IMG/VR virus record: IMGVR_UViG_3300037067_017823
Coordinates: 25,145-89,144 of that record
Strand: one strand, 5' to 3'
Origin: a virus
Taxonomy: Duplodnaviria > Caudoviricetes
Length of the DNA stretch: 64,000 nucleotides
The position numbers and the translations under genes were made by a program. A model generated the notes under the pieces. The model was not told the origin of the DNA and ran no database searches. It saw only the letters and a list, made by a program, of their open reading frames with translations. This document shows, piece by piece, positions 17,975-28,620 of this stretch (its first letter is position 1; each line of letters opens with the position of its first letter).

Positions 17975-19435
17975 TTAAAATAAGTCATAATCAATATTGT
18001 TTAGCTTATTAATTATTTCTGAGTTCAATTTATCGTCACAGCAACTAAAGAAACTGTTGAGGAGTTGTTTATTTTTAGTGCAACATTTAATGTCTATGTC
18101 ACTGAATCTAAGCACATGTTGGCCATTGTTTAAAACCCATTCGTTAAACGATCTATCTTTTAGTAACGTCTTATAAATAGTTCTATCTCTCGGTGTCTTA
18201 AATTGTTTAATTTCTTCTTCATCTCTACCAAGACCATGCCAGTATGAATCAACGAGAATGATTACTTCTTCATTTTTGTCAGTCTTCACAAGAAAATCAA
18301 CACAGAGATTTTGATCCTCTCCAAACGGTACATTTTGTTGACGAAGAATAGTCCAGTCAAGAGGAAACTTTCTACACATAAGTTGATAGAGAAAATCTTC
18401 AGAAGCACTCTTTCCATATGTTCCATTTCGTTTCATTGTCTGATGTCTTATAATTGCCGCTTTTTTATAAGAACCTCTTTCTAACATATGCAATTTTCTT
18501 TTTGCTTGAGCTTCAGGAGAGTTGCATTTATCTCGAACTTTTTCAGTCTTTAATATATTATCAACACCATAGTTTTTAATAAACGTTTCTTTTATTTTTT
18601 CTTTTACATCTTCTCTTTGACCATGACATTCAACACCATATTCTAATAAACAATCTTGTTGTATCTGTTTTTTAACTTCAGGATTTTGCATCGCATTCTT
18701 ATAACCAGTTTTTTCAAAATAAGTATCTTCCATTTTCTTTACAACATCTTCTGAACAAGCTGGAGCATTTCCACCATATCTATCATTATTTGTTTCTATA
18801 CGCTGTGGCATTCCTTTTGCAATTCGTTCCTTCGCTCTATCTGAATCATAAAATCCGTTTTCCCACTTTTTTTCTTCTGCTTTTCTTATCGCTTCGTCTC
18901 TTTTTTGTGATGGCGTTTTTCTAAACAAAACACCAGCATCGCTCCAAGTTTTTACAATATTTTTAAATTGCTCTGACTCAAAATATCCATTGTCTTTTTT
19001 TGTTTCTATCGATTTTTTAGCTCTCTCTTTTGATTTGACGCTGTCGTAAAAACCATCTTGTCTCTTTTTTTCAGCAATTTCAAAACGAACACTGGGATTG
19101 TCTTCGTGCCACTTTTTAGTTCCTTCTGAAATGCTCTTCGCAAAATCTTTATTTCCTTTTAATCGATTATAATGACCATTTTCTCTATTTGTTTTTCCAA
19201 TTTTCTTTCCGCGATCTTGAAACGATTTTTTAACACATTCTTTGTTATAACAAATTTTCCTAGTTTTTCGTGATGATAATTTACGATAAAATTCTTTATT
19301 ACAATATTTACAAACAACTATTTCGTCTGTATGAAACATGAAAGCATACTGTTCTCTTGTTAATTTGTGCTCTTTTTCTAAATGAGCATTAAAATGAGCA
19401 ACTTCTTTATTGCAAATCTGACAGATTGTTTTCAT
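17975..19435 (-). CDS. Free-standing homing endonuclease 3 (EDxHD-like)
   Basis: CQIC..H..H finger, xYGV-type basic repeats, GKSASE..VDF..DSYWHG..KD..LRFSD. Confidence 0.8.
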   Translation of the reverse strand: MKTICQICNKEVAHFNAHLEKEHKLTREQYAFMFHTDEIVVCKYCNKEFYRKLSSRKTRKICYNKECVKKSFQDRGKKIGKTNRENGHYNRLKGNKDFAKSISEGTKKWHEDNPSVRFEIAEKKRQDGFYDSVKSKERAKKSIETKKDNGYFESEQFKNIVKTWSDAGVLFRKTPSQKRDEAIRKAEEKKWENGFYDSDRAKERIAKGMPQRIETNNDRYGGNAPACSEDVVKKMEDTYFEKTGYKNAMQNPEVKKQIQQDCLLEYGVECHGQREDVKEKIKETFIKNYGVDNILKTEKVRDKCNSPEAQAKRKLHMLERGSYKKAAIIRHQTMKRNGTYGKSASEDFLYQLMCRKFPLDWTILRQQNVPFGEDQNLCVDFLVKTDKNEEVIILVDSYWHGLGRDEEEIKQFKTPRDRTIYKTLLKDRSFNEWVLNNGQHVLRFSDIDIKCCTKNKQLLNSFFSCCDDKLNSEIINKLNNIDYDLF

Positions 19436-19454
19436 CTGATTGTTTTAAAAATGA

Positions 19455-20462
19455 TTAAAAATCGATTCGAACCGTAAAAATCAAACTCACTTCTGGAGTT
19501 TTAAGTATGGGAATCGATGTTTTTGCAACTGCAAGAAGATTCGATAAGTCGTCGAATAAGCCTATCGTAGTTAAGTATGTCCTACTCTGAACATTTGTGA
19601 GAGCAAGAGAACCACTCATTACTCGAATTAGTCCATTATTATCTGTAAATGTTGGGTTGCTCGAATAGTTGAAATCTTTATCTAGTAATATACATTTATA
19701 AGCAGTCGAATGAATTCTTGTTGCTGGATGAATATTCATAAGCTGAACGTGATTCTTTGCTCCATCTGTAACATGATCTATCGTGCTTCCTGTAAGTAGA
19801 TCATTCATATGCCACGAACCAGAGAAATATGGTCCATACATCGAGGCAGTAGTAAGAGCTATAACACCAGCATTATAAAACGCAAGACCTACAACAGCAC
19901 CATTTGAGCACGAGTAAATTGGTCCATAATTTCCAGCATATTCTTCTGCAATTGTTGTTCCACATGTATCAGAGGCGGTTAATGTTGAAACTGGTCCTTC
20001 TGTTGAAGCGGATATCCACATTGTTACATATCTGTCGCGAATATAATCTTTAAAGACGTTTCTCTTGAGAGTGATAAAGAATAAATCAGTATATGTAGTT
20101 CCTGCCCATGAAAACTGTTTTGTTGTTGAACCGAGCAGAGTTGAAGCCATAATCTTATAGATATTTGCTTTTTCATCTCTTTGAACAACTGTTGACGCAT
20201 ACCAAGTTGATCCGGTTGACATTCCGTAAGTGATGTCACAAAGAGCATTTGTTGAAGCAAGAGTTATCGGAGTTTGGTCGTATATGGTTTGAAAATAACC
20301 GAGATACCCAGTTAGTGAATTTGACAAATGATAATATGAACTGTTGTTGTATTTTCTGCAGTAGTTATCATCAGTGAACGAATTTGAATAAATGTAAACA
20401 TTTTCAAAGAGCGTGTTTTCTCTTTGCCCAATATCATTTTTAAGATCGAAAGATTTAAACAT
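19455..20462 (-). CDS. Putative baseplate/tail structural protein, paralog of 16088-17761
   Basis: C-terminal TTIGLFDD..LLAVAKTSIPILK..FTVRIDF domain. Confidence 0.65.
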   Translation of the reverse strand: MFKSFDLKNDIGQRENTLFENVYIYSNSFTDDNYCRKYNNSSYYHLSNSLTGYLGYFQTIYDQTPITLASTNALCDITYGMSTGSTWYASTVVQRDEKANIYKIMASTLLGSTTKQFSWAGTTYTDLFFITLKRNVFKDYIRDRYVTMWISASTEGPVSTLTASDTCGTTIAEEYAGNYGPIYSCSNGAVVGLAFYNAGVIALTTASMYGPYFSGSWHMNDLLTGSTIDHVTDGAKNHVQLMNIHPATRIHSTAYKCILLDKDFNYSSNPTFTDNNGLIRVMSGSLALTNVQSRTYLTTIGLFDDLSNLLAVAKTSIPILKTPEVSLIFTVRIDF

Positions 20463-21512
20463 CTAAAATGCTCCTATTTTTCTTAGATTATGACTTTTGA
20501 AATAAGTATTCAGTTTATCAAAAAGAAAGTCTATGTCATCACTTTTTCCACAAACAAAATGCGGAATTAAATTTTCTTTACCATTTATAAAAGACTCAAA
20601 ATTAATATCATTAAAACGGATTAAGTTTATATTATTTTTCATACAGTGTTTTTCAAATAAAATATCGCGCTCGATAGTTTTTATTATAGTTTTCTTTTGT
20701 GGAGTATTGTTGATATCTTTAAGATTTTTTTTCAAGCCATGATAATATAAACCATCGAACGGGACAATGTAAATTTTATTTTCGAGTTTTAATATTATGT
20801 CGCTTGTAAATGAACTGTCTAATTTTTCGTTTAAGAAAACTTTTCCTTCTTCAGAATTCATCTTTACTTGTTGAAATATATTTTTGTCACTAAAAATTAA
20901 ATGAGCAAGCCAAGAAAAAGCAAGTTCAGCATTTGAAACACATCGATATGTCCCATTTCTTTTTCTAGTATCATGAACTTTTTGAACCCAAGAGTTAACA
21001 TTTTCTTTAGATCTGTTTTTCCACATCTTTTTATTTTTTCTTGAAAAGAAACCGGGATCGCGCTCTTTTCTATTTTCAGTCCACTTTTTAGCAGCACCAA
21101 AATACTTCTCTGGATTTTTTGCGTGATCGATTCTGATTTTTTCAGCAAATATGATATCAGAACCATTCTTCAACATTGTATTTCTTCGTTTTTTCGATCT
21201 CTCTTCTATAGTTCCGTTTTTTCTCATAGTACTGAACTGTTTTTGTCTAGCTTTATCATATGAGCCATCTAAATTCATTTGTTTAACTTTATATTCATGT
21301 CGACACTTCTTACAAGCTTTATATTTTAGATTTTTCCACCACTTTTTCGCTATAAAAAACCCATCACCACAAACAGGACAAATAAACCATTCTTCAGTTT
21401 TATAGGTTTCAGCATATTTCTCTTTTGTTAGCTTATGCGTCCATCTAATGTGACTAGCAAGAGACCATACAGAGTCACATTCTTTTCCACAAGCTTGACA
21501 AAAGAAATTCAT
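20463..21512 (-). CDS. Free-standing homing endonuclease 4 (EDxHD-like)
   Basis: CQAC..H..H finger; SNAE..SD..DGLYYHG..RD..IRFND. Confidence 0.8.
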   Translation of the reverse strand: MNFFCQACGKECDSVWSLASHIRWTHKLTKEKYAETYKTEEWFICPVCGDGFFIAKKWWKNLKYKACKKCRHEYKVKQMNLDGSYDKARQKQFSTMRKNGTIEERSKKRRNTMLKNGSDIIFAEKIRIDHAKNPEKYFGAAKKWTENRKERDPGFFSRKNKKMWKNRSKENVNSWVQKVHDTRKRNGTYRCVSNAELAFSWLAHLIFSDKNIFQQVKMNSEEGKVFLNEKLDSSFTSDIILKLENKIYIVPFDGLYYHGLKKNLKDINNTPQKKTIIKTIERDILFEKHCMKNNINLIRFNDINFESFINGKENLIPHFVCGKSDDIDFLFDKLNTYFKSHNLRKIGAF

Positions 21513-21516
21513 ATTT

Positions 21517-22233
21517 TTAAGAACTGCTTTCAGTTAGTGTTATAGCAATAGTTGTGTGAAGACCACTTGTTGTTCCTGTAAATTTAGCAAGAGTTGTAAT
21601 TTGTCTATTAGGAGCAACCGTTCCAGAATTTGCATATGATGACCACTGTTCTGATGTTACTTCTCTGCTTCTAAAATAAACATTGCAGCTATTTACGTTT
21701 GTAATCTGTGTTGAATTTGTTGGTGCAATATAACTACCGATGTTATATGCGGAAATATTAACGAGATCAACTTTATCACAGATAAGTAAATCGTCATCAA
21801 CTTGAACGATGAATGACGGATCCCATATTTGAGACGGAATTGACGCGACATCATTTGTAATCATTTTTTGTGAAACAGTAACAACGAATGAGTTTTTTAT
21901 TGCATCTCTATAATACTTTGTTACAGTTGTAGGTTCTGTAACTATTTTGGGAAGATATTTAAGATTTGGAATATCGCAAGACATAGCAGGATATTTTAAT
22001 GCAAACGATTCGTTAATGAAACCCTCAAAAACAGGAGAGACGAGAATAGCCGCATCTTCAGCTCCTGGGTTTGCTGGATTCCAAAGGTTGTAATCAATCT
22101 CATCATCTGAAGCAGTCCAACGTGTAATTGCAAACGAGCCATCACCTCTCGAAATAAATTGACGGCCCAGGTCAGTAAGAACGGCATCAATTATTACAGT
22201 CGATGTCGGAAAATCACTGTTAAGAAAGCCCAT
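21517..22233 (-). CDS. Conserved virion structural protein (MGFL..DAVLTDLGRQ family)
   Basis: N-terminal motif shared with 30303-30917; located in tail/baseplate operon. Confidence 0.6.
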   Translation of the reverse strand: MGFLNSDFPTSTVIIDAVLTDLGRQFISRGDGSFAITRWTASDDEIDYNLWNPANPGAEDAAILVSPVFEGFINESFALKYPAMSCDIPNLKYLPKIVTEPTTVTKYYRDAIKNSFVVTVSQKMITNDVASIPSQIWDPSFIVQVDDDLLICDKVDLVNISAYNIGSYIAPTNSTQITNVNSCNVYFRSREVTSEQWSSYANSGTVAPNRQITTLAKFTGTTSGLHTTIAITLTESSS

Positions 22234-23206
22234 AGTTCTTCTCCTTTAGCGAATTTAAAAATCTATCTATATCATTGCTTTTTCCGCAGACATAGTACGG
22301 AATCAGTTTTTCTTTTTTTGATAAAAACATTTTAAAGTTGATATCATTGAATCTTAATAAGTTGATATCATTTTTTTGACAAAAGTCTTCCAAATTTCTG
22401 TCTCTATAATAAGTATCAAATATAGTTTTGTCTGTGAGTGTTCTACATTTTGCTATTTCAGTAATCGGCCGATCAAGACCATGATAATAAATTCCATCAA
22501 AACATACGAAATACATATCGTCTACAACAAAGTCAAAATTGTGATAACCTTTCATGAACTTAAATAAGCCTTCTTTTTTCTCATTCAGTGTTGAAACTTG
22601 TCTATTCACTTTAGTAAATTTGTCTTTCAATAAATTATAGAAAAAGTCTTCAGCCTTGCTTTTACCGTATGATTTATTGTTTTTTAAAGTCTGGTGTCTT
22701 TTTAAAATCATTCGATCATAGGTGCCATCACTTCTACATCTATCGTAGACACCCTTATTAACTCTTGTTAGGTGGGCTTTAACGCCAGATTTTTTAAAAG
22801 AATCAATGTCATTTTTCTTTCTTGTCATAGCAGTTTTGAGAGCCGAGTTTATACCTCTTGCTTTTCTAGTTTTAGCAGACTTTGTAGCTATTTCATTTCT
22901 AATCTTTAATTCGTCGAGCCGCTTATTTAATAAAGCGCCCGATCTTAAAAATGAACCATTTTCTATCATTTTTTTTACTGAATTCTTTTTGGAACACTCT
23001 CTGCACATCTGCTGTTTTCTTTTTCGCTGTTGAGCCATTGACCTATAAAAAGCTTTCCCACAGCTACACTCAATTAATTCTTCGGTTTTATATTTTTCAG
23101 CGTATGTTTTTTTATCAATGTCTTTATGTTTCTGCCCTATGTGAGTATTCAAAGAAACAATATTTTTGAAGCTTTTGTTACAAATTTTACAATCACAAAT
23201 CATCAT
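22220..23206 (-). CDS. Free-standing homing endonuclease 5 (EDxHD-like), closest to endonuclease 2
   Basis: CKIC..H..H finger; GKSKAE..FDF..DGIYYHGLDRPITEIA..TDKTIFDTYYRDR nearly matches endonuclease 2. Confidence 0.82.
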   Translation of the reverse strand: MMICDCKICNKSFKNIVSLNTHIGQKHKDIDKKTYAEKYKTEELIECSCGKAFYRSMAQQRKRKQQMCRECSKKNSVKKMIENGSFLRSGALLNKRLDELKIRNEIATKSAKTRKARGINSALKTAMTRKKNDIDSFKKSGVKAHLTRVNKGVYDRCRSDGTYDRMILKRHQTLKNNKSYGKSKAEDFFYNLLKDKFTKVNRQVSTLNEKKEGLFKFMKGYHNFDFVVDDMYFVCFDGIYYHGLDRPITEIAKCRTLTDKTIFDTYYRDRNLEDFCQKNDINLLRFNDINFKMFLSKKEKLIPYYVCGKSNDIDRFLNSLKEKNYGLS

Positions 23207-23241
23207 GGTTAATTATAAACACAATATATTTTTTTGATACG

Positions 23242-24732
23242 TTAAAATCTACCTGTCCCACGTCTTATTGAAGACAAAATATCTGATGTCTTATTTGCAA
23301 CTCCATAAACAACATCATGAACAGTTAGTTTATTGTGTTGTATTGTTAAGTTGATTGTAAATATTTTTCCAGTATTCAAATCTTTTATTGTCAAAAGTAA
23401 CGTGTTGTCTCTATTCTTAAATGGTTCCTTTATTCCTATATGAGTTCCAACAAATAGATTGATTTGATCTTTGTTAAGTATTATTTTATTGTTAAGTGAG
23501 TATTTTTTATTTAATTGATTTCCACATTCACCTGAAATGAAAACTGGATCTATTTCTCTTTCTTTACAACCATAATTTTTATTTAGTTTCACCAATATTG
23601 TTTTTGATGTTTTTGAAACGAGATCATGAAAATCAACAGCTCGAACGGCAAATGCTAAACCTTCATCTTTTGATTCTTGTAGTAAATCATCAGTAACATA
23701 AAAATTATATTTCGGAATTCTAGTTTTTGTAATAAGAGAAAACTCTCCATCTTTGAATCTAAAAAATTCAAACTCTTTAACATCGTTTTGAATTGAACCA
23801 TCTGAGCTATATGTAGATGGCCAATACCATGTGAAGAACATCGTTCTATTTAAAGTGTTTACTATACACGATAGATTTGTTGGACAACCTGGAGCAACAA
23901 CATCCATGATCGGCATTGCTTCAACAAATTCAGTAAATTCACTATGAAATAACTCTTCGAAGTTTCCACCAAAAATTGCAGGAGCAGCTTCTGATTCAAA
24001 TGATGGAACACTTTCGAGAGTGCGTCTTGGTCTGTCAGCTAATGATACGCCACCACTACTTATTATTACTGGTGCCGGTGGAGGAGTTGGTACTGGAACA
24101 CCTATGAGCCACTCATCAATAAATTGTACTTCTAATCCTGCTGGTCTTGGAAGCGAAAAACTTAATGACTGATCGTGCGCAACAGCTCCAGCAGCAAATG
24201 TTGGAAGCGCACCATAAAGAGTACCATTAATTGTTACTGATACTAAACCAGAAGTAGAATCATACTCCATCAGAATATCAAGTGTCGTTCCAGGTACTGG
24301 TGTTAAGTCGACACCAGTTGCAATGTCGCCAAGCCCAAAAATATCTAGCTCTCTTTGAATATTCCATAAACTAAATCCACGATCCCAATATAAAGCAAGA
24401 GCATTTCCAAGGCCAGAATCAGGAGACCCACCATTGAAAGTAAAAATACGATTAGATGCAACAGAAACGTCTGGGACAAATTTTATTTGCGTTTTCCAAC
24501 TACCTGTTCCAATACTACCAGCAGTTATGACAGGATATATTTGAGTAAACGCTACGCCATCGTGAATTTCTATTCGTTTGTTTGTAACATCTCGTAGATA
24601 ATTTACACCCCACGCACCTACTGGGAATGCACTCCAATCAACTCCTTCTGTAGCAGCATCAAACCATCCAGATATATCGAGACCTTCTGTGAAAGCTAAA
24701 ATTGACCACAGTGGTGAAGTCGGAATTGCCAT
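23242..24732 (-). CDS. Putative virion protein: beta-sandwich domain, Pro linker, FN3-like domain
   Basis: PVPTPPPAP linker; APGCPTNL..FTW..FAVRAVD FN3-like pattern. Confidence 0.55.
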   Translation of the reverse strand: MAIPTSPLWSILAFTEGLDISGWFDAATEGVDWSAFPVGAWGVNYLRDVTNKRIEIHDGVAFTQIYPVITAGSIGTGSWKTQIKFVPDVSVASNRIFTFNGGSPDSGLGNALALYWDRGFSLWNIQRELDIFGLGDIATGVDLTPVPGTTLDILMEYDSTSGLVSVTINGTLYGALPTFAAGAVAHDQSLSFSLPRPAGLEVQFIDEWLIGVPVPTPPPAPVIISSGGVSLADRPRRTLESVPSFESEAAPAIFGGNFEELFHSEFTEFVEAMPIMDVVAPGCPTNLSCIVNTLNRTMFFTWYWPSTYSSDGSIQNDVKEFEFFRFKDGEFSLITKTRIPKYNFYVTDDLLQESKDEGLAFAVRAVDFHDLVSKTSKTILVKLNKNYGCKEREIDPVFISGECGNQLNKKYSLNNKIILNKDQINLFVGTHIGIKEPFKNRDNTLLLTIKDLNTGKIFTINLTIQHNKLTVHDVVYGVANKTSDILSSIRRGTGRF

Positions 24733-26667
24733 TTATAACCTTCTTCTCCTCAATGAAGCGGGCGTACTTAGAGTATCAATTATTCTTCTTGAAACTATTT
24801 CAGTTGTTGATTCTAGTGTGTCTATACTTTCAGTTCTTGTTGCTTCATCTTCTCTTGCAGCTTCACCACTTAGAATGTCTATGCGTGACTGAAAAGCTGT
24901 AGCAGAACCCATAACTTTGAGACCAGTTTCTCTAACAGTTGAAGTATATATTGGTTCACTTGTTACACTGCCCATTATAGCAGGATCAATTGTTTGAATC
25001 TCTTCTTCTGATAAATCAGTTGATAATATTGTTGATTCCGAACTTACTTCTGGCATAAATGTATCAGAATATGTCGCCGAACTATAAAATGATTCAACTT
25101 CAATAAGTGACGTACTGTATATCCACTTTATTAGAGATGACATTTTGTATCGATATCGTCTATTATACAAAATATTAAAATCATAGTAGCAAGAAGTGTG
25201 ACAATCGTCAAGCATTACAACTTCTTTTAGTTTCCACTTGTTTTCGTACCATTCGTATTTGTGAATTAGATAACCAACATATTGTAATCTTGGTGGTGCA
25301 TCGCTACGTTTTCTAAGTAGATTATGATCTGTAATGAATATCATATTATCAACAATGTCTTTTGTTTCTCTATTGTTAAATTCATGCACGATTTTGTTCC
25401 AAAAAGAAGAGTTTGCAAATTTGTTGATTGAAGAACTACAAATTGTTATATAGGTATCCCTCGGCATCGCTGTGAACGTTGAGGGTGTCATTGAACTAGG
25501 AGTAGTTGATATACTAGTCATCAATGTTCCACCAGATGAAGCAAAAGACGGAGATGATGTAGATGTTGAAAATGTTCCGGGAGAAGAAACAAAAGTTGGC
25601 ATTGATGATACGCTTGGAGATACTGATGAAATGACGTTTGAATCTTTTCTAAACACTTGAGAAAAATAATATTCATTAAGAACTTGTATTTCTGAAACGT
25701 TTGATATGTTGCCACTAATTGGCACGATTACAGTATCTATACCAGAACCACCCTGAATTGGATTCCAAGTTAATTTTATATATCGTGGCATACATTTAAA
25801 TGCTGCAGCCGCATCATAATAGTTTGAAGAATTTACAGCCGCATCACCCTCACCACGAGTTGATTCATCTGAAGTGTAAAAATTATAAAAGGACGTTGTT
25901 CTCAAATTTGTAACTTTCTTAAGACCGTTTAGAACTCCATATGAAGATAAGTTTTTTGTTGTAAACTGAAAGTCATCTATAATTTCTTCCGCTTTAAATA
26001 CGAGTTCTTCATCATCACTATTGAATGGATCTGACCCTAGTGAAAGAGCATAAATATAGTTGAGAGAATTTACATCGCTGTTCTTGCTTGAAAGAAATAA
26101 ATATATATCGTCAACTTCGTCGAAGGTGTCATATGTTGTCAGCAATGTACATATTCGTTCATAATGATTGTTTATTAATTGATCAAGTTGATCAGCATAT
26201 AACATTCTTTGCGTTGTGTATGAACCAAACCACGCTGTAGAATAATTGAGATACTCCATCGATGATATAAAAACATAAAAATCATTGAAGTCTGCAATCA
26301 GATCAATTTTTGTGTAAGTCCCTCTCTTTTTTAAGAAACAATGTTTTGCGATTATGAATAATATTTGTGAATCAATGTATGCTTGAGTGTTGCCACCAGC
26401 CACTAAATCAAGAAGGTTCATCTCAATATCGATGTTAAAATAAGATGGACGGCCAGATGTTCCAATAGCTATATACAAATCATTAACAAGTAGATTATAC
26501 ATTCGATCTGATAATACTCCACGTAATCCTTCATTTGTATAATTGCTAGGAATTTGAGGTTCTTTCTTCCACAAGTCAACGTGCAAAGAAACAATTTTTT
26601 CAGCAAACGGAGCAGAAATAAATTCTGGAATTGTAGAAATTACTGAATCTGGCATTATTGTTGGCAT
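24733..26667 (-). CDS. Putative virion protein with Ser/Thr-rich segments
   Basis: 644 aa ORF in structural operon; SPGTFSTSTSSPSFASSGG tract. Confidence 0.6.
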   Translation of the reverse strand: MPTIMPDSVISTIPEFISAPFAEKIVSLHVDLWKKEPQIPSNYTNEGLRGVLSDRMYNLLVNDLYIAIGTSGRPSYFNIDIEMNLLDLVAGGNTQAYIDSQILFIIAKHCFLKKRGTYTKIDLIADFNDFYVFISSMEYLNYSTAWFGSYTTQRMLYADQLDQLINNHYERICTLLTTYDTFDEVDDIYLFLSSKNSDVNSLNYIYALSLGSDPFNSDDEELVFKAEEIIDDFQFTTKNLSSYGVLNGLKKVTNLRTTSFYNFYTSDESTRGEGDAAVNSSNYYDAAAAFKCMPRYIKLTWNPIQGGSGIDTVIVPISGNISNVSEIQVLNEYYFSQVFRKDSNVISSVSPSVSSMPTFVSSPGTFSTSTSSPSFASSGGTLMTSISTTPSSMTPSTFTAMPRDTYITICSSSINKFANSSFWNKIVHEFNNRETKDIVDNMIFITDHNLLRKRSDAPPRLQYVGYLIHKYEWYENKWKLKEVVMLDDCHTSCYYDFNILYNRRYRYKMSSLIKWIYSTSLIEVESFYSSATYSDTFMPEVSSESTILSTDLSEEEIQTIDPAIMGSVTSEPIYTSTVRETGLKVMGSATAFQSRIDILSGEAAREDEATRTESIDTLESTTEIVSRRIIDTLSTPASLRRRRL

Positions 26668-26668
26668 A

Positions 26669-28501
26669 TCATGTTCCTACAGGAGAAAATCTCGTTCCAG
26701 AACTTGTTGATGTTGTTAAAGTACCGCCAGAAGACACTCTAGCCCCAATTCCAGAAGCTCCACTTGATGTCGATATGGGACCGGTTGATGTTGTTGGGAC
26801 AGAACCAATCGAAGTCGTAATTGTCGCACCAGATGAAGTACTGCTTGCAGCAACGGTAGATGAAGACGTAGAAATAGGTCCTGTTGCTGACACCATATCA
26901 GATCCATATATTTTATGAACGAATATCGTATCATCTTGAATATTTGGATTATAGTTATAATCGAATGCACCAATTTCAAGAAGTTTTTTAGCTTTTATGC
27001 AATCTTCATCTGTACCAAATATTGAATAGTTCAAATCTACGTTTATACCGTATTTTTTAATAGTATCTTTGTTTCTTGTAACAGCTTCTTTAGCTTGATT
27101 TCTTGTAAAAGACAATATATCGTTTGGTGATTCAGTTCTCGGCATAGAACTAACAAAATCTGAAACTAAGAAAGTATTTGCTGTTTCTATTGTTGAGTAT
27201 CCATTATAGAAAACTTTACGATCATAAAATGTATCGAATATTTTAATGAGAAAGTTATTAAAATCAGATAGACGAAAAACTATTATTACTTTTCCTCTTT
27301 CATCTTTAATCATAGCAATTATTTCACATTCTGGAAACGTAGAACCAAGCTGATCAAAAGAGCTTAATAGCTCTTGTGAGTAACTTCTTAAGTCTTTATT
27401 TGGTGTATCAAGATTATATGAATCAGAACCTATAGCAAACGAACCAGAGAATAATACCGGATCAGAAAAAGACGAAACAACTTCTTTTTCTTCTGAACGG
27501 ATATCTGTTTTTGTTTCTCGATCTAAAAGTGTAGATGTTACAGTTTTAGTTTGCGTCTTCGCTGTTTCATCTTTTTTAATAACAGAATCTATTACTGGAG
27601 TTGGACGAGCGACTGGTGTGAAGTCCTTGTTTTGTACTCTTGTTCGAATGACTAAGTTGTCAGTTTGTTTAAAATTTGTTTTTGCTGCAACTCTTTCTCT
27701 GATGCTTTTTAACTCTTTGTCACCAATGCCTTTACTAGAAGATGGTAATAAACCTAGAGTTTTATTTGTTGTTGATAGAGCATCTTTTAGATCGTTATTA
27801 ACAGTTTTTTTATCTGTATCTCTTGTAGCTAACGTTGATTTTGAATCAGAAGTTTCAACATCAATGACTCGAAATGTTAAATCAATAGATTTGGAATGTA
27901 AATCATCAGAATCAGAAGAACCAACTGGTCGAGTCATTGATGTGCTTTTACTGCTTGTTCCAACAACATCTGTCGCTCTATCTCTTGATGTAAGCGAAAA
28001 ACCATCTGAGCTACTACCGTCACTTGTTCCAAATACGTCTGTTGATTTGTCTCTTGAGGTAATAGAGAATTTTCCGTCTTCTGTTCCACCACTTGGCACA
28101 GTTGGCACAGAAATGGTTATTCCTCCCCCACCAGAACTTTGTGTAGCAATTGATGCTTGTGTCTTCGATGCGACTGCAACTGTTGCAACAGTAATATCTT
28201 TCAGTATCTTATTTGCTTCAGCTGAAGACTGCAAATCAGCCGATTTTGAACTAGAAACAGAAACGGTTGTTGTGGTAGAACTTCTTGCTCTTGCCGTGGT
28301 GGCGACAGAACTAATAACTTGCGTAGTAGTTAAACTTGATGTCACTCTTGTTTGATCATCTCTTGCCGAACTTGCTTGTATCTGTTGAGCTGAAGTTTGT
28401 GTTGCTCTTTCAACTGCAGAAAGAGCCGCCGATGTGTTTATTGTTGCAGTACCAGACCGAAGAACTGTTGATGAAAGCTGACTTGTTCTTAATGTTGCCA
28501 T
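26669..28501 (-). CDS. Ser/Thr-rich low-complexity (mucin-like) putative virion protein
   Basis: N- and C-terminal S/T tracts; internal duplicated DGxFSxTSRDxxTDVxGTS motif. Confidence 0.65.
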   Translation of the reverse strand: MATLRTSQLSSTVLRSGTATINTSAALSAVERATQTSAQQIQASSARDDQTRVTSSLTTTQVISSVATTARARSSTTTTVSVSSSKSADLQSSAEANKILKDITVATVAVASKTQASIATQSSGGGGITISVPTVPSGGTEDGKFSITSRDKSTDVFGTSDGSSSDGFSLTSRDRATDVVGTSSKSTSMTRPVGSSDSDDLHSKSIDLTFRVIDVETSDSKSTLATRDTDKKTVNNDLKDALSTTNKTLGLLPSSSKGIGDKELKSIRERVAAKTNFKQTDNLVIRTRVQNKDFTPVARPTPVIDSVIKKDETAKTQTKTVTSTLLDRETKTDIRSEEKEVVSSFSDPVLFSGSFAIGSDSYNLDTPNKDLRSYSQELLSSFDQLGSTFPECEIIAMIKDERGKVIIVFRLSDFNNFLIKIFDTFYDRKVFYNGYSTIETANTFLVSDFVSSMPRTESPNDILSFTRNQAKEAVTRNKDTIKKYGINVDLNYSIFGTDEDCIKAKKLLEIGAFDYNYNPNIQDDTIFVHKIYGSDMVSATGPISTSSSTVAASSTSSGATITTSIGSVPTTSTGPISTSSGASGIGARVSSGGTLTTSTSSGTRFSPVGT

Positions 28502-28539
28502 TTCTACTTCTTAATTATATTTTTGCTCAATTTATGTTT

Positions 28540-28606
28540 AACAAAAGAAACAATCTAAAAATAAATATGATAAAATGAGCTGTCCGTCAGGACAAATATA
28601 TATAGC
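28540..28606 (+). repeat. Intergenic element A (extended -10 plus TGTCC-N4-GGACA inverted repeat)
   Basis: First 37 nt are 34/37 identical to 39609-39645; inverted repeat at 28581-28594. Confidence 0.8.
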
Positions 28607-28620
28607 TATAGTAGTACTTA

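Noticed and set aside
20460-20465. In-frame TAG-ATG junctions (also 60194-60199 and TAG-TTC-ATG at 41177-41185) as readthrough fusions
   Set aside because: Simple tight packing explains them; at 20462 an AGGAG SD precedes the downstream ATG, and at 41179 a promoter-like motif does.
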